Below, piece by piece: positions 39,596-53,200 of a DNA stretch of 64,000 nucleotides. Where the stretch lies: assembly GCA_964016885.1 (NCBI GenBank), contig OZ024764.1, positions 14,818,001 to 14,882,000 of the forward strand. The letters run 5' to 3'. The stretch's first letter is position 1; each line of letters opens with the position of its first letter. The notes beneath the pieces were generated by a model. It searched no databases. It was not told the origin of the DNA and was given only the letters and a program-made list of their open reading frames with translations. A program made the translations under genes and the position numbers. This DNA comes from Eledone cirrhosa (lineage: Eukaryota).

Positions 39596-39906
39596 ACATA
39601 TATATATACATATATATATATATATAACAAACTCCCTCTTACACCAGTGGCCAACCTATACAGGCTGGAGATAAAATGTGTAGCAACAAGGGCGGTGCCC
39701 CAGCATGGCCTCAGCCGGATGGCTGAATCAGGTAAAAGAGTAAAACAGTATATATATATAACAAAGGCAGCTGTGTTTGTGAACAGCTGAAAAGAAACGT
39801 TATTCATGAAGAAGAAAATCTTTGGTTCTGTTGTTTATCCTGAGGTCATTTAAGAACTATATATATATAGCTCTTAAATGTATATATATCATATATAATA
39901 TATATT

Positions 39907-39939
<33 letters not shown>

Positions 39940-40120
39940 CATATATAATATATATTTATATATATATGTATATATATTTATCATATATAATATATATTTA
40001 TATATATATCTATATATATTTATATATATATGTATATTTATATATATATCTATATATATTTATATATATATGTATATATATATATGTATATATATATTTA
40101 TATATATATATATATATATA

Positions 40121-40230
40121 TAGGAACAAGTAAGACCCCAGGGTCTTACTTGTTCCTATTACCCACTCTACTACCCTAAGTATTGAGTACTTTGGTCCAC
40201 CTGGTTCCTTACCACATTTCCTTCGTTATA
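40121..40230 (+). mobile_element. Family C repeat beginning at the predicted cleavage site, with 5' fold-back
   Basis: TAGGAACAAGTAAGACCCC-A-GGGTCTTACTTGTTCCTA followed by the tail. Confidence 0.65.
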
Positions 40231-40246
40231 TATATATATATATATT

Positions 40247-40368
<122 letters not shown>

Positions 40369-40369
40369 C

Positions 40370-40427
<58 letters not shown>

Positions 40428-40428
40428 C

Positions 40429-40481
<53 letters not shown>

Positions 40482-40520
40482 ATATATAGCTCTTAAATGT
40501 ATATATATATATTACATACA

Positions 40521-40557
<37 letters not shown>

Positions 40558-40801
40558 TACATACACACACACATATATATATATATATAGACTGGAGGTG
40601 TATATATATACACCATGACTGAGTCACCATCATTGTGACAGTTATATTGTTGTTATATTTTTCATTATACAATAATTTACTGTTGTTGTTATTATATCAT
40701 CATGTTCATGAGTAAGTGTTTGTGTGTATATATGTATACACACATATATATGTATGTATACATACATATATATATATGTATGTATACATACATATATATG
40801 T

Positions 40802-40891
<90 letters not shown>

Positions 40892-40911
40892 ACATACATA
40901 TATATGTATGT

Positions 40912-40976
<65 letters not shown>

Positions 40977-41151
40977 TATATTTTGAGTTTAAACTCAGAG
41001 TCATTTACAATTATTTAGCTCAAAGAAAGACGCATTTCTGAGCAGTGAAATACAAGTTAATATATATTAATATATGATAAACACATGCGTGTTTGTATTG
41101 CAATACAAACACGCATGTATTTATCATATATTAATATATATTAACTTGTAT

Positions 41152-41630
41152 ATCATCATCATCATCATCACCGTTTTACGTCCGTTCTTCCACGCTAGCA
41201 TGGGTTAGACGGGTTGTCCTGTTGTGGGCAGTGTCTGGTCGGCTGACCATGCCTTGCTCATACAGGAACTGATCTGGCTTGATTTCTACAGCTGGATGCC
41301 CTTCCTAACACCAACCTCATTTACAGTGAGTGCTGGGTGCTTTTTCGTGGCGCCTACACGTCCACTTTACAGTGTGGGCTGGGTGCTTTTTTGCCGTGGC
41401 ACCTCCACGGCCACCTTGCGGTGGAGGGGGGGGGGCATATTGTTTATATGCTTCAGCATGTACCCATGGGAGGTCGGGTACCCTGTATTACTGCGTGACG
41501 CCAGAAGTCACGGTCGTGTGTCATTGACTTTGAGAGGTGTAGTTGGGTAAGGTCGGCTTTTATCACCTCATCCCAAGTCATCTTGGGTCTCCCCACTCCG
41601 CGGTTTCCATCAACTTCTAGTGCTCTGCAC

Positions 41631-41635
<5 letters not shown>
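41152..41635 (-). mobile_element. RTE-related SINE/LINE fragments
   Basis: (GAT)n tail at 41152-41170; minus translation near 41550-41632 RCRALEVDGNRGVGRPKMTWDEVIKAD. Confidence 0.65.
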
Positions 41636-41669
<34 letters not shown>

Positions 41670-41819
41670 GGATACTATTTATGGTTATGTATATACTAAA
41701 ACTTTTTATAGTTATATATATTTTAAACCCTAATCAGTGAAAGACAGTAATTTATTACCACCTTATTACCAGTAAGATAAATAGCTCAATGTAATAACAT
41801 CAGTTGTTTTACAGAGCAG

Positions 41820-41887
<68 letters not shown>

Positions 41888-41967
41888 ATACATATATATA
41901 TATATATATATATATGTATCATGCAAGCGTGGAACACGGACGCTAAACCTGATGATGATGATGATGA

Positions 41968-42021
<54 letters not shown>

Positions 42022-42023
42022 AC

Positions 42024-42076
<53 letters not shown>

Positions 42077-42126
42077 CATACATATATATATATATATATG
42101 TATATACATACATATATATATATATG

Positions 42127-42173
<47 letters not shown>

Positions 42174-42310
42174 GTATATATATATATACATATATATATA
42201 TACATATACATATATATATATATGTATACATATATATATATACATATACATATATATATATATGTATACATATATATATATACATATACATATATATATA
42301 TATGTATACA

Positions 42311-42415
<105 letters not shown>

Positions 42416-42635
42416 GTATATATATATACATACATATATATATATATATATAAATATGTATATATGTATATATATATACATATATATATATATGTATATA
42501 TGTATACATATATATACATATATATATATATATGTATATATATAATTGATAAGATCTCTTATCTACTCATCAATATCTATTATATATATACACACACGTG
42601 TGCATATATGTATATATATATACACACACACATGT

Positions 42636-42689
<54 letters not shown>

Positions 42690-42909
42690 TACATGTACAT
42701 TCATATATTTTTTTCTCTCCAACTCTGACTTTTTTCCCGCCTATTATTAGAGAACTAAGTCACAGGACCTATCAGGTAATTCCCCCCTCCCCACGCCACC
42801 TATCAACTCTCTCCACTTTGTCCTCATTGATAAGCTGTGTGGAACACTCCCACGCAAATTTCATATATATATATATATATATACATATGTGTGTGTGTAT
42901 GTATGTATG

Positions 42910-42985
<76 letters not shown>

Positions 42986-43002
42986 GATGACCCCTTAGCC
43001 CC

Positions 43003-44190
<1,188 letters not shown>

Positions 44191-44770
44191 AAAAACAACA
44201 ACAGCAACAACAACAACAGTAACAACAACAACAACAAGTAAAAACAAACAAAACATGTTATTGTAGACTATCGATGCATTTATTAATATAATTATCAAAA
44301 TGATAATTATTATTTTCAAAAATCTCATTTTTTATATTTTAATTTTTTCTTGATCTTAAAATCCTCTCTGAAATTAAAATTAAAATTTAAATTTATTTAA
44401 ATTTAATTTTTATTTAATTTTATTTAATTTAATTTTATTTTATTTTATTTTATTTTATATTTTTTCATTTTATTTCAAAATTTTATTCTCTTTTTCTTCT
44501 CCTTCATCTTCTCCTTCGTTTCTTTTTCATTATTTCCGAAAGAAATAATGGAAAAAAAGAATAGAAGAAAAAAAAATAAGAAAAAAAAAATGAAGAAGAA
44601 GCAGAAGAAGAAGAAGAGAACAAAACAAACGAAATGTAAAAAATATTAAAAAAATAAAAATAAAAAAAATAATTGAGGATATTTTCTGGTTTTCCCCGGA
44701 TTGTTTCGGATTTTTCTGGAGAATTATTTGGTATTTTCAATGTTTTTTCAAAAAAGTTTTGAAAAAAAAG

Positions 44771-44833
<63 letters not shown>

Positions 44834-44864
44834 CTTTCGTCCCTTTGTTGGTCTTCATGTATGA

Positions 44865-44924
<60 letters not shown>

Positions 44925-45017
44925 GTATATATTGTATGTATATACACATACACACACACACATACATACAAATATATATATATATATATTTATTTATTTA
45001 TTCATCAGATGGTGTGC

Positions 45018-45089
<72 letters not shown>

Positions 45090-45154
45090 GGCCTGGTTTA
45101 GTTTTGATGGTGATATGTTTTTTTTAAAACTACCAAGGATGTTGAACCTGTTGG

Positions 45155-45156
<2 letters not shown>

Positions 45157-45195
<39 letters not shown>

Positions 45196-45715
45196 TTTTC
45201 TTTATTAACCACAAGGGTTCACATAAAGTAGACATTAAGGACAGTACAGGACAATACAGGACGGTACAAATGGGCATTTCTGCGTGTAAAAAAAACAGAG
45301 GTTGAAATAAAATAACAAAGAAAAATTCCCCAATAGGGGGGGAGACTTCCAAGGGACATTTGTGGAGAAAGCCCATTAAAAGACCACAGTGGCCCTGACC
45401 ACCAGGGCAAGTGCCCTCTCCCAGTTTTCCACCTTTAATTTACAGACAGATACTCAGAGAAGGCCCATTCATTCGGGCCATACTTGCTTCTCTCACCCAT
45501 CTTTCAACAAAATGCTGGGAAGAGAACACTTCCCTCTCTATCCTGATTTTCCTTTTCAAATGAAATTTGAAAAAGTTAATCAGGGCATCACCGAAGAGGT
45601 AAGTGCTCGTCTTCAGCCCTTTCAAACGTGTCCACCATACTATCTCTTTCGCCATGGCCACCAGACAGATAAAAACTGCCTGCCCTTCCCGGCTAAAGGA
45701 AGGGGGCGGGGCAAT
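45157..45715 (-). mobile_element. Tx1/L1-like LINE 3' end with (ATT)n tail
   Basis: AMAKEIVWWTRLK..FKFHLKRKIRIERE..FVERW resembles Tx1-type ORF2 C-termini; related pieces at 46263-46675, 47490-47575, 58735-58820, 59212-60742. Confidence 0.6.
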
Positions 45716-45721
45716 CCTTAA

Positions 45722-46078
45722 TAATGATAATAGAAATTGGAAAAATGTGGAAATTGAGAACTAAAACAATACCAGTGGTTGTAGGTGCTCTGGGAATGAT
45801 ACCTAAGGGGTCTAATGATTACTTATCGCAAATCCCAGGAAACCCGCGTATAGGAGAAATACAAAAGATAGTACTAATGGGAACTGCCCATATACTAAGG
45901 AAGATCCTGTCAATATAAGTACATCACAAGTCTAAACACCTAAAGATGCATGTGTGTGTGTGTGTTCTTTCTTGAACATGGCGGACCTTGTTGTCTCTTG
46001 AGGTCACTGGTTGTGACTTGGTGATAACTTGTATGAACATAAAGCAAGATAAATGCAAATAATAATAATAATAATAAT
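45722..46078 (+). mobile_element. R4/Dong-like non-LTR retrotransposon 3' end (RLE C-terminus), ending in (AAT)n
   Basis: EIGKMWK..IPVVVGALGMIPK..IQKIVLMGTAHILRKILSI* then 3' UTR and (AAT)n. Confidence 0.75.
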
Positions 46079-47206
46079 TGTTTCTACTTTAGGCACAAGG
46101 CCAGCAATTACCCCAGTGAATTACTGGTACTTTATTTTATTGACCCCGTAAGGATGAAAGGCAAAGTAAACCTCGGCGGGATTTGAAGTCAGAATGGCAA
46201 GGGCCGTAACTCTATGCGTCAAAGCATGGCGTCCGACTCTCTACCGATACTGCCAATCCACCAATAATAATAGTTTCATTTATTGGCCATAAGAGCCGAA
46301 ATATAGGGGACAATACAATACAAACGACAGGGACAGTGGGGGGGTGGGGGAGGGGTTTACAAATACAACGTGTAAACAATGTAAAACAACAATAACAAAA
46401 TAAAAATAAAAATACAAAAAAAATTCCCCAATAGGGAGGGAGGGAGGGAGGGAGGGGGGTGACCACCCAGGGTTGACTCAGGTACCCCACCAGTCCTGAA
46501 CCAGCCGGGTAGGGCAGCCCTCTCCTCCTCCTCAAATTCACCACCAGCCTGTAGGCACATGGTGAGAGTAGGCCCACTCACATGGGCCACTTGCGCCACA
46601 TTCACCCACCTTACAACAAATGCACTGGGGGGGGGGGGGGGGCAGCACGTCTCTCTCCACCCTCACCTTACTTTCCAATAATGGTTTCTTATATAGGCAC
46701 AAGGCCAGCAATTTATAAGGGGGGTGGGGGAGTCGATTAAATCAACGCCAGTGTATTACTGGTACTTTTTTATTTTATCGACCTCCGTAATAAGGATGAA
46801 AGGCAAAGTTAACCTCGGCGGGATTTGAACTCAGATCATAAAGGGCCGTAACTCTATGCTGCAAAGCATGGCGTCCGACCTTTCTACCGACACTGCCAAT
46901 AATACCAGGATTTAAAGTGGGAGTTAAAAAAGATTTGGGACTGTCATGAGATGAAGGTGGTCCCGATTGTCATAGGAACACTAGGGACTATCTCAAGGAG
47001 TTTCCAAGGAAGGTTAAAGGTTAAAGAACATAAGTCCAGCCCCGCTTTTTTGGAACACTTCAAAAGGCATGCTTGCTGGTAACAGCAGGAACCCTCCGAA
47101 ACGTCCTGAATATCTGAGGCTGCAGGTAGCGACTTGATATTCATTTCAACAAACTTCCCGTCTAAACCCATGCTAGCGTGGAAGATAGATGTTAAACAAT
47201 GATGAC

Positions 47207-47245
<39 letters not shown>

Positions 47246-47712
47246 ACTTTCCAGTTAAATAACATCAATGACTGAAACTCCAATAATAATAATAATAATT
47301 GTTTCTACTTTTGGCACAAGGCCAGCAATTACCCCAGTGAATTACTGGTACTTTATTTTATCGACCCTGTAAGGATGAAAGGAAAAGTTAACCTCGGAGG
47401 GATTTGAACTCAGACTGTAAAGGGGCGTAACTCTATGCTACAAAGCAAGGCCTCCGATGCTCTACCGATACTGCCAATCCACCACCCTAATAATAATAAT
47501 AATGACTTCATTTATTGGCTACAAGGGCCGACATCTAGGGGACGATACAAAGACTCGGACGGTGGAGTTTTGCAAATAATAATAATAATTGTTCCTACTT
47601 TAGGCACAAGGCCAGCAATTACCCCAGTACATTACTGGTACTTTATTTTCTCGACCCCGTAAGGATGAAAGACAAAGTTAACCTCGGCGGGATTTGAACT
47701 CAGATCATAAAG
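46079..47712 (-). mobile_element. Cluster of four MetaSINE-like copies interleaved with LINE fragments
   Basis: Copies at ~46079-46262, 46680-46900, 47283-47480, 47575-47712. Confidence 0.8.
46900..47145 (+). mobile_element. Second R4/Dong-like fragment
   Basis: YQDLKWELKKIWDCHEMKVVPIVIGTLGTISR ... KACLLVTAGTLRNVLNI* (frameshifted). Confidence 0.7.
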
Positions 47713-47808
47713 ATAAGACTAATAACAACACTTACCAGTGGCCCAGGACGAATTTTTGGGGGATCTTAACAAAATGTGTTATGTTCATTAGATGTTTCTT
47801 TTAAAGTC

Positions 47809-47851
<43 letters not shown>

Positions 47852-48245
47852 GCAGCATCGTTGTTGGTCTACATCTGGTTTAGTTGGTTCATCTGGTTAG
47901 CAGATGAGGGTAAAGGTTATCAGAAGATTAACAGCAGGAGGTGGGCGCAAATAAAGATCTGGAGTAGGGGTGGGTTGGGAAGGCGGATGGAGAAGGTCAA
48001 AATGTAGAGAGAAAAATAAAAAAAATAATAGATGCTGGAGAAGAACAAGGAAGTGGCCGGGTAGGTGGCCGGGTAGGTGAGCGGTGCAGATTGGTGTGTG
48101 GGTGGGGAAGAGTGCTGCTTATGGCAAAAGAAGGAAAGAAGAAATAAGTAAAAAGAGGAAGAAGTCAGTAAAGGGTAAAAGGGTTGGGGTTATAAGGGGG
48201 CTTTAGGGTTAGGGTTTTCCTATGAGAGGGAAGTCCCTTACCTTA

Positions 48246-48907
48246 CTATTGGCGGTAAGGATAACCACTGTAGTAAGGCATCTGGGACATTTGTTGCCAG
48301 GGAGAGTATTGGGACATTTGAGGGTAGTGGGACATTTGAGGGTAGTGGGACATTTGAGGGTATTGGGACATTTGAGGGTATTGGGACATTTGAGGGTATT
48401 GGGACATTTGAGGGTAGTGGGACATTTGAGGGTATTGGGACATTTGAGGGTATTGGGACATTTGAGGGTAGTGGGACATTTGTGGCATTGTGGGCATTTG
48501 TGGCATTGGGGGCATTTGTGGCATTGGGGGCATTTGTGGCATTGGGGGCATTGAGGGCATTGAGGGAATTTGTGGCATTTGTGAACTTGGGGGCATGTAT
48601 TGGGGCATGGAATGAAAGGTGGGTTGGAAAGGATATTGGTGTTGTTGTTGGTGGTTGTGGGTCGGGGAGCCAGACTGGGTCTGGGTGGTCTGACTGTGGG
48701 TCTGGGTGGCAGATCCGTGTGGGATGTGGCTCGGGTAGCTTGGGTAGCCTGGGTAGCCTGGGTAGCCTGGGTAACCCTGGTTCATTTGGTAGTGTGGGTA
48801 TTGGTAGTATGAGTTCCAATGGTTTTGGTATTGAGGTTGTGGTGCAATAATGTTGCTTGGTCCAGTGGAGTTGGTGGTGGAGTTGGATTTGGTCTCTGCA
48901 GAGCAAG
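48246..48907 (-). CDS. Secreted Pro/Gln/Met/Tyr-rich repeat protein, coding exon 2
   Basis: Branch CTAAT + pyrimidine tract + CAG acceptor (48908-48951); phase-1 entry; modules (GYP)n, (MPQ/MPP)n, (YPQMS[QH])n; TAG followed by TAA. Confidence 0.8.
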
Positions 48908-49027
48908 CTGAAACAAGATAAAGCAAAGGGGAGACAATTAGTATATACATATATGCACAAACATATATATGTATCATCATCATCATCATCATCATCATTT
49001 TACGTCCGTTTTTCCCATATATGTATG

Positions 49028-49064
<37 letters not shown>

Positions 49065-49425
49065 GTGTGTGTATCATCATTTTCTTTTCCCTGCTTGCCA
49101 GGGTGGGACGGGAACTGGTTCTGGCTTGATCTCTACAGCTGGATGCCCTCCTTCCTAACACCAACCTCATTTACAGTGAGTGCCGGGTGCTTTTTTTCCA
49201 TGGCACCTCCACGACCACTTTGCAGTGGAATGATAGGGACCCCAGTCCCTCTCATCTCATTTCTACAGCTGAGTAAACTGGAGCAATGTGAAATAAAGTG
49301 TCTTGTTCAAGGAAACAACATCACCCGGTCTGGGAATTGAACTCACAACCTTTCGATTGCAAGGCCAATGCTCTAACCACTAAGCCATGTGCCTCCATTC
49401 AATGCTCTAACCACTAAATATATAA

Positions 49426-49555
<130 letters not shown>

Positions 49556-49670
49556 GCATATATATATGTGTGTGTGTATATATATATATGTATATATATA
49601 TATGTATATATATATATATGTGTATATATATATATATGTGTGTGTATATATATGTGTATATATCTATATC

Positions 49671-49757
<87 letters not shown>

Positions 49758-49782
49758 ATATATATACATATATATGTATATA

Positions 49783-49904
<122 letters not shown>

Positions 49905-49905
49905 C

Positions 49906-49949
<44 letters not shown>

Positions 49950-49964
49950 ATAAGCATGTGAAAA

Positions 49965-50082
49965 GATTCAAGACCCCGACAGCTGAGCTCCGGCTGTTTC
50001 GATAGCTAAATCCGAACTAGATCCGAACTGGATCTAGTTGTTGAAACGAGCGAAGCTCAGCTGTTGGGGTCCTGACTCTTAT
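49965..50082. mobile_element. Diverged family C hairpin (intronic)
   Basis: GACCCCGACAGCTGAGCT..AGCTCAGCTGTTGGGGTC. Confidence 0.6.
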
Positions 50083-50118
50083 CATATTTGTTACTATATA
50101 TATAGAAGACAATATTAC

Positions 50119-50164
50119 CTCCGAAGATTGTGACGAAGATCAACACAATTATATACTTATACAT
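50119..50164 (-). CDS. Signal-peptide exon of the secreted repeat protein (whole exon 50119-50183)
   Basis: TTCTCTTTGCAG acceptor, AAGATG start, MYKYIIVLIFVTIFG+G|GTAATA donor; G+CT reconstitutes Ala, giving MYKYIIVLIFVTIFGACSA-ETKS. Confidence 0.8.
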
Positions 50165-50240
50165 CTTGAAGGCTGAGATAATTCTGCAAAGAGAATAATA
50201 ATAATATTAATAATAATAATAATAATAATCATTTAATAGA

Positions 50241-53200
50241 ATTTAGCTTCAAGCATAGTTGTGTACATATAGGATTTAGCTTTAAGCATAGTTGTGTACA
50301 TATAGGATTTAGCTTCAAGCATAGCTGTGTACATATATGATTTAGCTTCAAGCATAGCTGTGTACATATTGGATTTAGCTTCAAGCATAGCTGTGTACAT
50401 ATAGGATTTAGCTTCAAGCATAGTTGTGTACATATAGGATTTAGCTTCAAGCATAGCTGTGTACATATAGGATTTAGCTTTAAGCACAGCTGTGTACATA
50501 TAGGATTTAGCTTTAAGCACAGCTGTGTACATATAGGATTTAGCTTCAAGCATAGCTGTGTACATATAGGATTTAGCTTTAAGCATAGTTGTGTACATAT
50601 AGGATTTAGCTTTAAGCATAGTTGTGTACATATAGGATTTAGCTTTAAGCATAGTTGTGTACATATAGGATTTAGCTTCAAGCATAGCTGTGTACATATA
50701 GGATTTAGCTTCAAGCATAGCTGTGTACATATATGATTTAGCTTCAAGCATAGCTGTGTACATATAGGATTTAGCTTCAAGCATAGTTGTGTACATATAG
50801 GATTTAGCTTTAAGCATAGTTGTGTACATATAGGATTTAGCTTTAAGCATAGTTGTGTACATATAGGATTTAGCTTCAAGCATAGCTGTGTACATATATG
50901 ATTTAGCTTCAAGCACAGCTGTGTACATATATGATTTAGCTTCAAGCATAGCTGTGTACATATATGATTTAGCTTCAAGCATAGCTGTGTACATATTGGA
51001 TTTAGCTTCAAGCATAGTTGTGTACATATATGATTTAGCTTCAAGCATAGCTGTGTACATATAGGATTTAGCTTCAAGTATAGTTGTGTACATATAGGAT
51101 TTAGCTTCAAGCACAGCTGTATACATATAGGATTTAGCTTCAAGCATAGTTGTGTACATATAGGATTTAGCTTCAAGCATAGCTGTATACATATAGGATT
51201 TAGCTTCAAGCATAGTTGTGTACATATAGGATTTAGCTTCAAGCATAGTTGTGTACATATAGGATTTAGCTTCAAGCATAGTTGTGTACATATATGATTT
51301 AGCTTCAAGCATAGTTGTGTACATATATGATTTAGCTTCAAGCATAGCTGTATACATATAGGATTTAGCTTCAAGCATAGTTGTGTACATATAGGATTTA
51401 GCTTCAAGCATAGCTGTGTACATATATGATTTAGCTTCAAGCATAGTTGTGTACATATATGATTTAGCTTCAAGCATAGTTGTGTACATATAGGATTTAG
51501 CTTCAAGCATAATTGTATACATATAGGATTTAGCTTCAAGCATAATTGTATACATATAGGATTTAGCTTTAAGCATAGTTGTGTACATATAGGATTTAGC
51601 TTCAAGCATAGCTGTGTACATATATGATTTAGCTTCAAGCATAGTTGTGTACATATATGATTTAGCTTCAAGCATAATTGTATACATATAGGATTTAGCT
51701 TTAAGCATAGTTGTGTACATATAGGATTTAGCTTCAAGCACAGCTGTGTACATATAGGATTTAGCTTCAAGCATAGCTGTGTACATATAGGATTTAGCTT
51801 CAAGCATAGCTGTGTACATATAGGATTTAGCTTCAAGCATAGTTGTGTACATATAGGATTTAGCTTCAAGCATAGTTGTGTACATATAGGATTTAGCTTC
51901 AAGCATAGTTGTGTACATATAGGATTTAGCTTCAAGCATAGTTGTGTACATATAGGATTTAGCTTCAAGCATAGTTGTGTACATATAGGATTTAGCTTCA
52001 AGCATAGCTGTGTACATATAGGATTTAGCTTCAAGCATAGCTGTATACATATAGGATTTAGCTTCAAGCATAGTTGTGTACATATAGGATTTAGCTTCAA
52101 GCATAGCTGTGTACATATAGGATTTAGCTTCAAGCATAGTTGTGTACATATAGGATTTAGATTCAAGCATAGTTGTGTACATATAGGATTTAGCTTTAAG
52201 CATAGTTGTGTACATATAGGATTTAGCTTTAAGCATAGTTGTGTACATATAGGATTTAGCTTTAAGCATAGTTGTGTACATATAGGATTTAGCTTCAAGC
52301 ATAGCTGTGTACATATATGATTTAGCTTCAAGCATAGTTGTGTACATATATGATTTAGCTTCAAGCATAGCTGTGTACATATATGATTTAGCTTCAAGCA
52401 TAGCTGTGTACATATAGGATTTAGCTTCAAGCATAGCTGTGTACATATAGGATTTAGCTTCAAGCATAGTTGTGTACATATAGGATTTAGCTTCAAGCAT
52501 AGTTGTGTACATATATGATTTAGCTTCAAGCATAGCTGTGTACATATAGGATTTAGCTTCAAGCATAGTTGTGTACATATAGGATTTAGCTTCAAGCATA
52601 GTTGTGTACATATAGGATTTAGCTTCAAGCATAGTTGTGTACATATAGGATTTAGCTTCAAGCATAGCTGTGTACATATAGGATTTAGCTTCAAGCATAG
52701 TTGTGTACATATAGGATTTAGCTTCAAGCATAGCTGTGTACATATAGGATTTAGCTTCAAGCATAGTTGTGTACATATAGGATTTAGATTCAAGCATAGT
52801 TGTGTACATATAGGATTTAGCTTTAAGCATAGTTGTGTACATATAGGATTTAGCTTTAAGCATAGTTGTGTACATATAGGATTTAGCTTTAAGCATAGTT
52901 GTGTACATATAGGATTTAGCTTCAAGCATAGTTGTGTACATATAGGATTTAGCTTTAAGCATAGTTGTGTACATATAGGATTTAGCTTCAAGCATAGCTG
53001 TGTACATATATGATTTAGCTTCAAGCACAGCTGTGTACATATATGATTTAGCTTCAAGCATAGCTGTGTACATATATGATTTAGCTTCAAGCATAGCTGT
53101 GTACATATTGGATTTAGCTTCAAGCATAGCTGTGTACATATAGGATTTAGCTTCAAGCACAGTTGTGTACATATAGGATTTAGCTTCAAGCATAGTTGTG

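Noticed and set aside
39765-39810. Hammerhead near GAAACGTT
   Set aside because: No CTGANGA core or 5' stem I; at most a fragment. Similar partial matches at 44830-44860 and 45000-45020 were also not counted
48246-48907. Reflectin call
   Set aside because: Lacks the M/FD(X)5MD reflectin motif, has almost no Asp/Arg, and has a signal peptide
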